Positions 29,593 through 39,780 of a stretch of DNA of 64,000 bases are shown here, one piece after another. Under the pieces are notes generated by a model. It saw nothing but the letters and a program-made list of their open reading frames with translations. It did no database searches and was not told where the DNA came from. Each line of letters begins with the position of its first letter. Within the stretch, counting starts at the first letter, position 1. Source of the stretch: Treponemataceae bacterium (GTDB taxonomy: Bacteria > Spirochaetota > Spirochaetia > Treponematales > Rectinemataceae); NCBI GenBank assembly GCA_963677895.2, contig CAXXGJ010000018.1:384001-448000 (forward strand). Direction: 5' to 3'. The position numbers were made by a program, and so were the translations under genes.

Positions 29593-30534
29593 ATGCAGGA
29601 CAGTAAAGAGAAAATAGCAGATTTAGTAGATATCTGTTATGGATACTATATCTACGGTGAGACTCAGGGCCAAATAGCTAAGCGAATGGGCGTTTCAGTC
29701 GCAAAGATCAGTAAAATGATCTCTCTAGCTCATAAGATGGGTATAGTTCACATTGAGATCCTCGATCCTATTAAACTGGCAGATAATCTTGCCAAGCAGC
29801 TTAAAGCCCGGTACTCGCTCAAAGAGGCCAAGGTAATCCCGATTCCAAGGTTCGGAGTAGAGAATTTACTCAATAGACTTGGCAAGGTCTCCGCTGAGCT
29901 GCTAAGTTCCTATATAAAAAAGGGAGATGTTATCGGCATTTCGGGCGGATCTACATTGTTTGAAATGCTAGAATATTTCGAGCTACCGGATGCCAAAGAC
30001 AACGTAGTCGTCCCACTATTGGGTGGATATAAGGAATTTGAAGACGCAACTCATGGGACCGAAATCGCTTCCAGCTTTGCGAAGAAGCTCAATGCGCAGC
30101 TTGTAGTCATGCCTTCTCCTGGCATCGTGAAACAGGAAGAAATCAGTTTCTTTCTCTCGAATACCGCGATCAAGCGAAGCATGTCATGGATCCCCAAATG
30201 CAATATAGCCGTTTTCGGTATTGGAACTGCAGATACAAATGGTACATTCTTCAAGGGTGGAGTGATTACTGACAAAGACTTGTCCATGCTGATGAAAGAG
30301 AATGCGGTCGGTTGCATTTGCCTCAACTTCTACGATCAAAAGGGAAAACCATGCGAGGATTTCAATTCAAGGATTATCGGCGTTAGCCTAGATGATATTT
30401 TGAAGATAAAACTTACTATCGGGGTAGCCGGTGGTAGCCCTGAGAAGGCAAAGGCTATTCAAGGGGCGCTGAATGGAGGGTATTTAGACGTTCTCGTTAC
30501 TGATCAATTGACCGCCGAATCACTACTGGGCTAG
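29593..30534 (+). CDS. SorC/LsrR-type sugar-binding transcriptional regulator
   Basis: N-terminal HTH YYIYGETQGQIAKRMGVS; GISGGSTL; GVAGG..KAKAIQGAL..LVTD. Confidence 0.9.
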   Translation: MQDSKEKIADLVDICYGYYIYGETQGQIAKRMGVSVAKISKMISLAHKMGIVHIEILDPIKLADNLAKQLKARYSLKEAKVIPIPRFGVENLLNRLGKVSAELLSSYIKKGDVIGISGGSTLFEMLEYFELPDAKDNVVVPLLGGYKEFEDATHGTEIASSFAKKLNAQLVVMPSPGIVKQEEISFFLSNTAIKRSMSWIPKCNIAVFGIGTADTNGTFFKGGVITDKDLSMLMKENAVGCICLNFYDQKGKPCEDFNSRIIGVSLDDILKIKLTIGVAGGSPEKAKAIQGALNGGYLDVLVTDQLTAESLLG

Positions 30535-30935
30535 CTCTTTTCTACTGCTTGGCTTCGGCAATAATATGATCAGAGCATGTAACAGAGGCTGTCGTAGCCG
30601 ATGATAAATTGCCGGCTACCCGTGTCCTGTTCGAATCGTTCAGGATTGATATGAAGTTCCAGGATCTTTAAAATGTTGCTTATCAGAAGACCTTTTCCCG
30701 CTATCACAAAGCACGAAAGCAGTACTAAGAATCCTGTTTCTATGTTGGGCTAATGAAGACGGGATTTGATATAGTATCAGGGCAGTCTCTCTTTACGGCC
30801 CATAAAGCCAGAAAGTTTTGTATTTTTTTCTTATTTACTGCTAAACTTACTGTAACCAACTGCTTTTCATCTTTATTCATCTAAGCCTGCACCCGTTCAA
30901 CAACTAAAAAGGTGTGATTATTATAAGCACCATTT

Positions 30936-31682
30936 CTAGCATCCGAATTCCTGCTTCATGAAGCTGACAATATTATCGATGCATTTTCCAATAATTGCCT
31001 TTCCTTTTTCTGCGGTGGCCTTGGTCGCGTCTCCTAAGATACCGTTATAAGTGTTGTCCTTGAACTCGTAATAGGTTATCACATCTGGGAATTTGCCGAA
31101 TTTGGGATTCTGCGCTTTTACAAGCTCTACCTTGGTTAAGTCCACGTATTCGGGATGCAGATATAGCATTATTGAAGTACCGCATTCACTGGCGTGCCCG
31201 TGGGCCATCCATCCTGAATATTCACAGATACCGATAGCATTTGGCTGGGTAAAACGCCACCAATCTATCTGAGCACATTTTATACCCTTTTCTCGTTGAT
31301 ATTCTCTAGCTAACTGGCTGATGATAGGCACGTTGCCAGCATGCATATTTAGAAACATGAAGTTTTTAAAGCCCCACTTTATGAGTGAGTCTATGATATC
31401 GCGAATCACTGCAGCATATGTTTCTGGGAGGATCTTGATGGTTCCAGGGAATTGTGCTAGCGAATTTGATTCCCCCATCTCGAACATCGGCCCAATTATT
31501 GCATTGGTTTTTTCAGCAACTAGCTCACAAACTGCGGCGGAAACAATGGTATCTGAACCAAGTGGTAGGTGTGGACCATAAACCTCTATTGCTCCACCTG
31601 GTATTATCACAGTATCACATTTCTTTCGAATCTCATCAAACTCGGTCCAACTCATCTCTTTCATCCACTTGGTATTCTTCAT
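30936..31682 (-). CDS. Creatininase-family protein (divergent metal site)
   Basis: EVYGPHLPLGSD, FPGTI, NMHAGN, HASECGTS, GILGDATKATAEKG. Confidence 0.85.
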   Translation of the reverse strand: MKNTKWMKEMSWTEFDEIRKKCDTVIIPGGAIEVYGPHLPLGSDTIVSAAVCELVAEKTNAIIGPMFEMGESNSLAQFPGTIKILPETYAAVIRDIIDSLIKWGFKNFMFLNMHAGNVPIISQLAREYQREKGIKCAQIDWWRFTQPNAIGICEYSGWMAHGHASECGTSIMLYLHPEYVDLTKVELVKAQNPKFGKFPDVITYYEFKDNTYNGILGDATKATAEKGKAIIGKCIDNIVSFMKQEFGC

Positions 31683-31695
31683 AATTGTTAATCCT

Positions 31696-32568
31696 TTATT
31701 GGTTATTTTTTCGGTACAATGGTAAAAAGTCTTCGATTATTTTCTGCAATCCCATTAAATTTAAAATATCACCCGACATTACCATTTCGTCTTCTAGTGA
31801 TGTCGTTGAACCGGTTTTTTGGAGTCGATTGAACAGCTTATAATAGGATTTCGCGGCTACTTGAATCGATGAGACGGGATAAAGCCCTGCTCGGAATCCC
31901 ATTTGTTTTATTAGATTAATATCCACTTTAGCGGAGTAGGTTGCTTCATTCAGGTTGATCATCAACTTAGCATGGCATTGATTGGAAATTTCCATCATGT
32001 CTTTTGTAGAACCTATGCCATCGAAATATACATAGTCAACCCCCATGTCTGCCGCCATATTGGCGCGTTTTATAGCACCGGGAATACCTTCCGTTTTCGC
32101 TAGCATGGTTCGAAGAACCAGCACAAAATCATCCGATACGTTTTTACGGATCGCTTGTATCTTCGGTGCAAGAAGGGACCATGGAATTGGCTGTTTCTCA
32201 CGTGCAGGTATTTCTTGCGGGAGAATGTCATCATCTAGCTGCATACCGCTTACACCAAGCCGCTCCAGTGTCGATGCGGCATTAGCTGCGTGAGCTGCAT
32301 TACCGAAGGCATTGTCGGCATCGGTAATTACCGGAATATCTATACATGCGAGTATGTGGCCTAGTGTCGAAGTCAAGTCACTTAAGCTTAAGTAGCCGAG
32401 GTCCGGCTTGCCCAAAGTTGCTAATGAAACTGCTCCGCCTGACAAGTAGACTGCTTGGAATCCTGTATCCTGCGCTATTTTTGCACCTAGGCAATCATAA
32501 ATCCCGGGTAATATAAAAAAGCGTTGCTCTTCCATGAGGCGCTTAAGATTGTTTTTGCGAATTGGCAT
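31696..32568 (-). CDS. Isocitrate lyase/PEP mutase-superfamily enzyme
   Basis: PGIYDCLGAK, YLSGG, PDLG, VITDADNAFG; lacks the KxCGH loop. Confidence 0.82.
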   Translation of the reverse strand: MPIRKNNLKRLMEEQRFFILPGIYDCLGAKIAQDTGFQAVYLSGGAVSLATLGKPDLGYLSLSDLTSTLGHILACIDIPVITDADNAFGNAAHAANAASTLERLGVSGMQLDDDILPQEIPAREKQPIPWSLLAPKIQAIRKNVSDDFVLVLRTMLAKTEGIPGAIKRANMAADMGVDYVYFDGIGSTKDMMEISNQCHAKLMINLNEATYSAKVDINLIKQMGFRAGLYPVSSIQVAAKSYYKLFNRLQKTGSTTSLEDEMVMSGDILNLMGLQKIIEDFLPLYRKNNQ

Positions 32569-32583
32569 AATGTAAATTTCTCC

Positions 32584-33420
32584 CTATATATTCTTCGCTA
32601 GCGCACGCTCAAGGGAATAGATATCGGTACGCCGATTTTTCAGACTTCCTATCTCATTTTGGATTTTAGAAACATAGTCCAGATCTATGTTAGCTAGGAA
32701 TAGACATTCGCAATCACGAGCTTTTTCAATAATTTTCCCCCATGGGTCGATCACCATGCTGTGGCCATAGGCGGTAAATCGGGGTTTTTCGCCCACCTGT
32801 GCTGAAGCAATTATATAACAACCGTTTTCGATTGCACGTGCACGTAGCAGCGGTTCCCAATGAGCTTCCCCGGTTTGTCTAGTAAAGTTTGCTGGCGTGA
32901 AAATCACCTGTGCGCCCTCTAAAGCCATCAACCGAAATAACTCTGGGAAGCGTATATCGTAGCATAAGGAAAATCCTAGCCTCCCAAGTTCTGTATCTAT
33001 TACAACAATCTCATTGCCTGAACTATTCATGGCTGATTCGGTGATTACAGGTCCGCCTTCTACGTTCACGTCGAACAAGTGTAGCTTTCGGTATCTAGCT
33101 TTTATCATTCCATTTGGATCGAGCATAATCGATGTATTGTATGGATTGCCATCGCCATTTCGTTCTCGGATACTTCCACAGTGTATCCAAACTTTGCATC
33201 GCGCGGCGATATCTCTCATTCTATCAATCGTATATCCTGGGATTGGTTCTGGTTTATTGATTTCTGGATCAAGTGAGGTGACATTCATTACTTCAGGTAG
33301 TGAGATTAGCTTTACACCCTGTTGTACAGCTTGTTCGATCATATTTTCGATTCGTTTTAAGTTGTCGTTTTTATCTGCACGTGTGTCCATTTGAATTACG
33401 CCGATTTGGTATTTGTTCAT
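32584..33420 (-). CDS. Carbon-nitrogen hydrolase (Nit1/Nit2 omega-amidase-like)
   Basis: Catalytic triad in LPE, YRKLHLFD and LCYDIRFPE; HWEPLLRARAIEN; YGHSMVIDPWG. Confidence 0.9.
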   Translation of the reverse strand: MNKYQIGVIQMDTRADKNDNLKRIENMIEQAVQQGVKLISLPEVMNVTSLDPEINKPEPIPGYTIDRMRDIAARCKVWIHCGSIRERNGDGNPYNTSIMLDPNGMIKARYRKLHLFDVNVEGGPVITESAMNSSGNEIVVIDTELGRLGFSLCYDIRFPELFRLMALEGAQVIFTPANFTRQTGEAHWEPLLRARAIENGCYIIASAQVGEKPRFTAYGHSMVIDPWGKIIEKARDCECLFLANIDLDYVSKIQNEIGSLKNRRTDIYSLERALAKNI

Positions 33421-33481
33421 TTTTTCCTCCTATGTCTTAAAATATTTTTAACGGCTGGCCGGAAAAGATACATATTTTGTC

Positions 33482-34444
33482 TTAAAGCTCATTAATTTCC
33501 CTTACATAGTGACAAGCCACAAAATGCCGTGGCATCACTTCCTCGAACTTCGGCTCTTTTTGGCTACATTGATCTTGAGCGAATTCGCACCTGCCAGCAA
33601 AACGACAGCCTGGTCGAGGGTTGATGGGTGATGAAATCTCACCTTCTAGCAGTATCCGCTTCTTTTTTGGTCCTACTATTGGGATGGGAACTGCAGCCAG
33701 CAATGCTTTCGTGTAGGGGTGCAGTCTGTTTTTAAACATTTCTTCATCGCTTGCGAGTTCCACCATCTTTCCGAGATACATTACGAGGATGTTGTCTGAT
33801 ATATGTTTTACCACGGCGAGATTATGTGTAATAAATAGGAAGGTCAAATTGCGCTCTTCTTGTAGATCGCTCATAAGATTTAGAATTTGCGCTTGAATTG
33901 ATACATCAAGCGCAGATACTGGCTCGTCGCAGACTACGAATTTTGGATTTAGCGAAAGGGCACGTGCCACTCCAATTCGTTGCCTCCTACCGCCATCGAG
34001 TTCGTGGGGATAAGAGTTTGCGAGTCTTCTTGCGAGTCCGACTGTATCCATCAATGCAAAAACCTCTTTTTGCATCTCTTGGCGGTTTCTACATTTATTA
34101 TAGATAATTAGTGGCTCTGCGATAATTTCGCTAATCGATTGCCTGGGGTTCAGTGAAGAAAAGGGATCTTGAAAGATCATCTGCATATCCTGCCTGATGT
34201 CCTTGAGTTGCTTCCTATTAAGATCACTTATGTCGACCCCGTTGAATATGATTTTCCCTTCAGTGCGTTCCAATAAATGTACTAATACTCTTCCTAATGT
34301 GGATTTTCCACAGCCCGATTCACCGACGACTCCAAGTGTTTGCCCTTGTTCTATCGAAAAAGAGACTCCATCCACCGCTTGCAACATCCCTTTGGGAGTC
34401 TTGAAATACTTCTTTATTCCTTCTACTTCAATAATATTGCCCAC
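33482..34444 (-). CDS. Peptide ABC ATP-binding protein (OppF/DppF-like)
   Basis: GESGCGKST, DEPVSALD, C-terminal GCRFAGRC. Confidence 0.92.
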   Translation of the reverse strand: MGNIIEVEGIKKYFKTPKGMLQAVDGVSFSIEQGQTLGVVGESGCGKSTLGRVLVHLLERTEGKIIFNGVDISDLNRKQLKDIRQDMQMIFQDPFSSLNPRQSISEIIAEPLIIYNKCRNRQEMQKEVFALMDTVGLARRLANSYPHELDGGRRQRIGVARALSLNPKFVVCDEPVSALDVSIQAQILNLMSDLQEERNLTFLFITHNLAVVKHISDNILVMYLGKMVELASDEEMFKNRLHPYTKALLAAVPIPIVGPKKKRILLEGEISSPINPRPGCRFAGRCEFAQDQCSQKEPKFEEVMPRHFVACHYVREINEL

Positions 34445-34458
34445 GGAACAACCTCCCG

Positions 34459-35424
34459 TTATTTTTTGTAGTTAATGCATTTCACCCAGTGGTTTGGTTC
34501 GACTTCAAAAAGAGGAGGTCTTTCCACCTTGCAGCGTTCGATACAAACAGGGCATCTCGGAGAAAAATTGCATCCTCTAGGTAGATTGGTCGGATCTGGC
34601 ATTAGGCCATTGATCGGCGTAAGTCTACTGACGCTCTTAGTGAAATTGGGGATGGATTGGAAAAGACCAACAGTGTAGGGATGCATTGTGTGATTGTATA
34701 TTTGGTCTAGATTGCCATATTCTACGATTTCTCCAGCGTACATGATAGCCGCATTTTTACATACTTCCGCCACTACCCCTAGATCGTGAGTGATAAGAAT
34801 CAGTGAAGTATTAAATTCCCGCTGTAGCTTCTCAATAAGCTCAAGGACTTGTGCCTGAATTGTTACATCAAGTGCGGTAGTTGGCTCGTCGGCGATGAGA
34901 AGCGCTGGATCACATGCAAGTGCCATCGCAATAACTACTCTCTGCTTCATCCCACCGGAAAATTGATGCGGGTAATCTTCAAATCGTTCTGGAGAAATGC
35001 CTACCGTCTCTAGCATCTCCTGTGCAAGAATTGCAGCTTTCTTACGGCTACTTTGCTTGTGTAAACGGATTACTTCGATTATCTGATCTCCAATGGTCAT
35101 GACAGGGTTTAGTGATGTCATTGGATCTTGGAATATCATTGAAATTTTGTTTCCACGTATTTTTCGTAATGCCAATGCTGACATCGTATTTAAATTTTTC
35201 CCTTCGAATATTATTTCTCCACTAATGATCTTGCCAGGCGGTGAAGAGATCAAATGCATTATACTTAATGCAGTAGTCGTCTTCCCTGCCCCTGTCTCGC
35301 CAACCAAGCCCAGCGACTCCCCTTTTTGTAGAGATAAAGAAATATGGTTTACTGCTTCCACTACGCGATTTCCAGTAGTATAGTGGACTGTTAAATCTTT
35401 AATTTCTAATATTTTTTCGTTCAT
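34459..35424 (-). CDS. Peptide ABC ATP-binding protein (OppD/DppD-like)
   Basis: GETGAGKTT, FQDPMTSLNP, YPHQFSGGMKQR, DEPTTALD. Confidence 0.92.
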   Translation of the reverse strand: MNEKILEIKDLTVHYTTGNRVVEAVNHISLSLQKGESLGLVGETGAGKTTTALSIMHLISSPPGKIISGEIIFEGKNLNTMSALALRKIRGNKISMIFQDPMTSLNPVMTIGDQIIEVIRLHKQSSRKKAAILAQEMLETVGISPERFEDYPHQFSGGMKQRVVIAMALACDPALLIADEPTTALDVTIQAQVLELIEKLQREFNTSLILITHDLGVVAEVCKNAAIMYAGEIVEYGNLDQIYNHTMHPYTVGLFQSIPNFTKSVSRLTPINGLMPDPTNLPRGCNFSPRCPVCIERCKVERPPLFEVEPNHWVKCINYKK

Positions 35425-35439
35425 TTCGAGACTTTCTCC

Positions 35440-36345
35440 CTAGTTTTTCAGTCTTGGATCGAGGGCATCGCGTAACCCGTCGCCGAACAAATTAAACGCA
35501 AATACCGTTATCATAATTATCAGACCAGGGAATGTGACAACATGCCAATAATCTCGAAGGTACGCGCGACCGGCTGATAACATAGATCCCCATTCTGGAG
35601 TGGGGGGAGAGATACCGAGTCCTATGAAACTCAGCGTGGCTGCCGATAGAATGGCGGTAGCAATGCTCATAGTAGCCTGAACTATAATCGGTGCAAGACA
35701 GTTTGGTAAAATATGCTTAAGAATTAATCGGCTATCGCTTGCACCAATAGCACGTGCAGCTTCTATATACTCCTGCTCTTTTACAGATAATATCGATGCT
35801 CGAACGATGCGTGCATATCCAGGAATCGCTCCTATTCCTACAGCAATTATTAGGTTAACTATTCCTGGTCCTAGCGAAGCGGCGATGGAAATGGCTAGCA
35901 GAATATTAGGAATTGCCAGCATTATATCTATGAATCGCATAATGATATTATCTATAGTCTTCCCGTAAAAACCTGCAATACTACCTAATACAATGCCTAT
36001 AACACAGGAGAAACTCACAGAGATAAGGCCAATGATTAACGAGGTTCTTGCTCCATAGACAATCCTGCTGAAAATATCGCGTCCGTAATCATCCGTGCCA
36101 AATAAGAATTCTTTGTTAGGGAAAATGAACCGCCTTGAAAGATCTTGATCGTCATATCCAAAAGGTGCAATTCTTTCCGCAAAAATTGCACACAATACTA
36201 GGATTAGAATGATGCAGAAGCTTATGACTGCTGGCTTGTTTTTAAAAAACCGTATAAGAATCTCTCGAAAAAGGCCCTGCTTTTTTAGTGCTCTCGTTTC
36301 TTCTTGTGTTTCGGTAAATTCCAATGAAGTATTTTCATCATTCAT
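35440..36345 (-). CDS. Peptide ABC permease (OppC/DppC-like)
   Basis: FGTDDYGRDIFSR, EYIEAARAIGA, PPTPEWG, GDGLRDALDP. Confidence 0.92.
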   Translation of the reverse strand: MNDENTSLEFTETQEETRALKKQGLFREILIRFFKNKPAVISFCIILILVLCAIFAERIAPFGYDDQDLSRRFIFPNKEFLFGTDDYGRDIFSRIVYGARTSLIIGLISVSFSCVIGIVLGSIAGFYGKTIDNIIMRFIDIMLAIPNILLAISIAASLGPGIVNLIIAVGIGAIPGYARIVRASILSVKEQEYIEAARAIGASDSRLILKHILPNCLAPIIVQATMSIATAILSAATLSFIGLGISPPTPEWGSMLSAGRAYLRDYWHVVTFPGLIIMITVFAFNLFGDGLRDALDPRLKN

Positions 36346-37321
36346 TTACTGTGTCCTCTATCCTTACAGGCTGAGTTTTTAGTTTTCGTTCTCTGGTATA
36401 CTGCGAACGAATCCTAGGATCAGCAAAAGCGTACAGAATATCGACCATTAAATTCACAATGGACATTATAAAAGCGATGAACAATACTCCGCCTTGAACC
36501 AGTGGAAAGTTCCTCAGTTTGATTGCGTCCACCATGAGCTTCCCAATGCCAGAAATTGAGAAAACTGATTCAGTTAGTACAGCGCCGCCAAGTAGACGCC
36601 CGAACTGAAGCCCGACTACAGTGATGATGGGAATTAATGCATTCGTCAAAGCGTGACGCCAAATGACCACAGATTCTCGTTGTCCTTTCGCACGCGCTGT
36701 TCGGATATAATCCTGACGAATTACCTCAAGCATACTGGAACGAGTCATTCTCATTACGGTGGCCGCAGAGTTCACGCCAAGTGAAATCACGGGTAGAATC
36801 CAGTATTTCGGAGATTTAAAGCCTGAAGGTGGAAGCCATCTCAAGTGAACTGAAAAGGTAAGTATCAACATAAGTCCAAGCCAAAAGTTTGGTACCGAAA
36901 CACCAAATAAAGAAATTCCTGTCGCAAACGAATCAAATATAGAATATTGACGTGTCGCTGATACGATCCCAGCGGTTACTCCTATGATTATCGATAATAA
37001 TACCCCCATACTCGCCAATTTTAAGGTAGTGGGAAAACGATCGAGCAACTCCTTGCTAACAGGACGCTTTGTTGTGTAGGAAGTCCCAAGGTCTCCACGT
37101 AAAATAACATTTGTCATGTAGTCTAGATACCTTATGTGGAATGGCTCGTCCAACTTCAACTGTTTGCGCAACATCTGCTTTTCTTGTACTGTTGCACTAT
37201 CCCCAAGAATCATATCGGCAGCATCGCCTGGCGTGAAATAAAGCATAGTGAATATGATGAGAGAAATCCCAAGGAGCACAGGTATCATCATCAAGATTCG
37301 GCGCATGATAAATCTGAGCAT
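36338..37321 (-). CDS. Peptide ABC permease (OppB/DppB-like)
   Basis: GDLGTSY, TRSSMLEVIRQDYIRTARAKG, DILYAFADPRIR; GGAGG RBS before 37321. Confidence 0.92.
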   Translation of the reverse strand: MLRFIMRRILMMIPVLLGISLIIFTMLYFTPGDAADMILGDSATVQEKQMLRKQLKLDEPFHIRYLDYMTNVILRGDLGTSYTTKRPVSKELLDRFPTTLKLASMGVLLSIIIGVTAGIVSATRQYSIFDSFATGISLFGVSVPNFWLGLMLILTFSVHLRWLPPSGFKSPKYWILPVISLGVNSAATVMRMTRSSMLEVIRQDYIRTARAKGQRESVVIWRHALTNALIPIITVVGLQFGRLLGGAVLTESVFSISGIGKLMVDAIKLRNFPLVQGGVLFIAFIMSIVNLMVDILYAFADPRIRSQYTRERKLKTQPVRIEDTVNE

Positions 37322-37372
37322 GCAACCTCCTTCGTAAATAACAGATAAAATTGGTAGGTTTTTATTTTCCAA

Positions 37373-37417
37373 AGTCCTTGACGGGCGCCGCAGCTCTTGC
37401 GGTGTCCGTCAAGGACT
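37373..37417 (-). terminator. Long intercistronic stem-loop after peptide SBP gene
   Basis: AGTCCTTGACGGGCGCCGCA / TGCGGTGTCCGTCAAGGACT. Confidence 0.6.
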
Positions 37418-37437
37418 AATCTTTTGGTTTTATCTCA

Positions 37438-38943
37438 CTATTTTGCGTATACTGTTACGTATGCCAGTTCCTCCCAGCTCAGGGGATGAAACGCAAAACC
37501 TTCAACCTTATCGCTTGTTGCCAAGATGTTGTTTTTGAATGCGATCGGGATACTCCACCGTGCCGACCATAGATAATCCTGCACCTCTTTGTAGGCTAAT
37601 TTTCTTTCTTTGTCATTATACAGTGTCTTAGCTTTGGCAAGCATCCCATCCAATTTTTTATTATTGGAATTGAGTCTGTCACCAAACGAAGAATCATAGA
37701 TAATCAGTGTATTTGCTGGATCGCTTGAGCTTCCATTGCGAATTCCTACCTGCAATTTATTACCTTGTGCTAGATAGGGAGCGAGCTCCGAAGTAAAAAT
37801 CTTTGTAGTAACGCCAATCTCTTTCCACATGTTCTGAACAGCTTCTGTGATTCGAGTTAATTCCTCTAGCGGCTGAACTACAAAATTCAGTTTTAATCCA
37901 TTAGCATAACCAGCATCAGCTATTAGTTTCTTTGCTGTTTTAACATCGTATGCGCTGGGGCTATAAACGGTGGCACCAAAAGTTTTGCTTGGCATTATAC
38001 CAACGGCGACAGTAGCTGTCTCGTCATATAGTGCATCGACAATAGATGATTTATTAATAGCCAGTGTTAGGGCATCCCGCACTCTCTGATCTGCAAGAAC
38101 TGGATCCTGCATGTTAAAAGTAATTGTATTGTACTGATATGAAGGCCCCATTAAAAGGGTAATACCTTCAGTTTTCCTTAGCCTAGGCGCGTCGCTTGCT
38201 AATACATTGTAGATAATGTCTACGCCACCAGTTTCAAGTTCTATAAGGCGGTTAGCTGATTCAGAAATAAACATATAAGAAATATTCTTTGTTTTTGCAG
38301 GTATACCCCAGTATTTTTCGTTCCTTACCAGGCTAATCTCAGTGCCAGTTATCCACTCCGCCATCTTGTATGGACCCGTGCCGATCGGGTTTCGGGCATA
38401 AGCAGCTGCACCCATCTTCTCGTAGGCTTTTTTGCTGATGATTGAACCTCTAGGTGTTGCTAGAGTCTCAAATACAGATGCAAATGCCTCTTTCAGCTTC
38501 ACATCGATGGTCAGCTCGTCCACTACTTTAGTCTTTACAGCATCAAACGATTTAAAAGTAGATGAACTACCCGGATCAGTGGTCGCTCTATTTATCGTGA
38601 ATTTCACGTCTTCTGCATTAAGTTTGTCTCCATTGTGGAAATACACATTATCTCTCAAGTGAAAACGTATGGTAGTGTCATCAATTATATCCCAGCTCGC
38701 TGCAAGGCTAGGAGTGATCACCCCATCAGCGTCCTCATGGACGAGAGTGTTGAAAATCTGAATCTCTACAATAAAACATGCTAGTTTGCCATTAGTCTGT
38801 GGATCAAGAGATGACGGCTCCTCCCAATGCCCTATTGTAATTGTATCCTTCAAAGGTCGATTTGAGTTTGAGCCTGTAGCGGCTCCAACCTGTAGTACCG
38901 CCGCGACTAGCAACATCGCGAGAAGCATCTTAGCTGCCTTCAT
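37438..38943 (-). CDS. Peptide ABC substrate-binding protein (family 5)
   Basis: Signal peptide; EPSSLDP, FHLRDNVYFHNGDKLNAEDVKFT, PIGTGPY. Confidence 0.92.
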   Translation of the reverse strand: MKAAKMLLAMLLVAAVLQVGAATGSNSNRPLKDTITIGHWEEPSSLDPQTNGKLACFIVEIQIFNTLVHEDADGVITPSLAASWDIIDDTTIRFHLRDNVYFHNGDKLNAEDVKFTINRATTDPGSSSTFKSFDAVKTKVVDELTIDVKLKEAFASVFETLATPRGSIISKKAYEKMGAAAYARNPIGTGPYKMAEWITGTEISLVRNEKYWGIPAKTKNISYMFISESANRLIELETGGVDIIYNVLASDAPRLRKTEGITLLMGPSYQYNTITFNMQDPVLADQRVRDALTLAINKSSIVDALYDETATVAVGIMPSKTFGATVYSPSAYDVKTAKKLIADAGYANGLKLNFVVQPLEELTRITEAVQNMWKEIGVTTKIFTSELAPYLAQGNKLQVGIRNGSSSDPANTLIIYDSSFGDRLNSNNKKLDGMLAKAKTLYNDKERKLAYKEVQDYLWSARWSIPIAFKNNILATSDKVEGFAFHPLSWEELAYVTVYAK

Positions 38944-39009
38944 GACTATCGCCTCCTAATAAATTGATACATCGGAGGGACAACAATATGTTGCTCCTCC
39001 GTCAAGACC

Positions 39010-39765
39010 TTAAATTGTCGCTTCCTCGAATTCCTTTATAAATTCAGCGATAAACGTTGCAACTGCTTCTAGCATATCCCGCCCCCATTCTATGGTGGCT
39101 TTCTTTGGATGATCGGCTCCATACCATCCTTGTGGGAAATAATGTGCCATGTCACGCGGAACAGGAACTTCAACACCCTTGAATCTTACGCTTCTGATTG
39201 AAATATGAGGTAGTGTTTCTTTCATCTCAACAGGAGCAAACTCTTCAAACAAGTCCATGTGAACAGCATTGGGATTGATTGCTAGCATTGCAGCAACTTC
39301 CTGCCCTGCTCCATGGCCACCCTTCCATGCAGGGTTCAACTCTCCAGCGATTTGCCACCACTGCATAATCGCTGAAATTGCACCTTTCAAGTTCAGCTCC
39401 ACGCCTATTCGCTGTAGTGCTGGTTCATTACCTCCATGACCATTAAGGAAGATAAATCTGCGTATTCCCATCCTGTACAGTTTTTCGGTGATCTTAGTCA
39501 TTAAGGCGTAGAATGCATCGTATCCAATCGTTATAGTACCCGGAAATGAATCGTGGTGATCGCTAATGCCATAGGGCATGCAAGGAGTTATTAGCACATT
39601 CACTTTTTTATCAATAAGATCTGCAAGCTTCTGTGGAACAAAGAAGTCGGTACCTAAAGCCAGATGGGTGCCATGATTTTCGGTAGCACCCATTGGTATT
39701 ATCGCCGTGTTGCAGTTTTTCATGAACTGTTCGACTTGTTTCCATGAACACATTTCCATTTTCAT
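39010..39765 (-). CDS. Creatininase-family amidohydrolase
   Basis: ENHGTHLALGTD, FPGTI, NGHGGN, GHGAGQE. Confidence 0.88.
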   Translation of the reverse strand: MKMEMCSWKQVEQFMKNCNTAIIPMGATENHGTHLALGTDFFVPQKLADLIDKKVNVLITPCMPYGISDHHDSFPGTITIGYDAFYALMTKITEKLYRMGIRRFIFLNGHGGNEPALQRIGVELNLKGAISAIMQWWQIAGELNPAWKGGHGAGQEVAAMLAINPNAVHMDLFEEFAPVEMKETLPHISIRSVRFKGVEVPVPRDMAHYFPQGWYGADHPKKATIEWGRDMLEAVATFIAEFIKEFEEATI

Positions 39766-39780
39766 AGTTACCTCTCCTGT

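Noticed and set aside
17173..30534. Canonical Lsr (AI-2) operon
   Set aside because: The architecture is analogous, but there is no lsrF/lsrG, only one permease, and I cannot recognise the SBP as LsrB.
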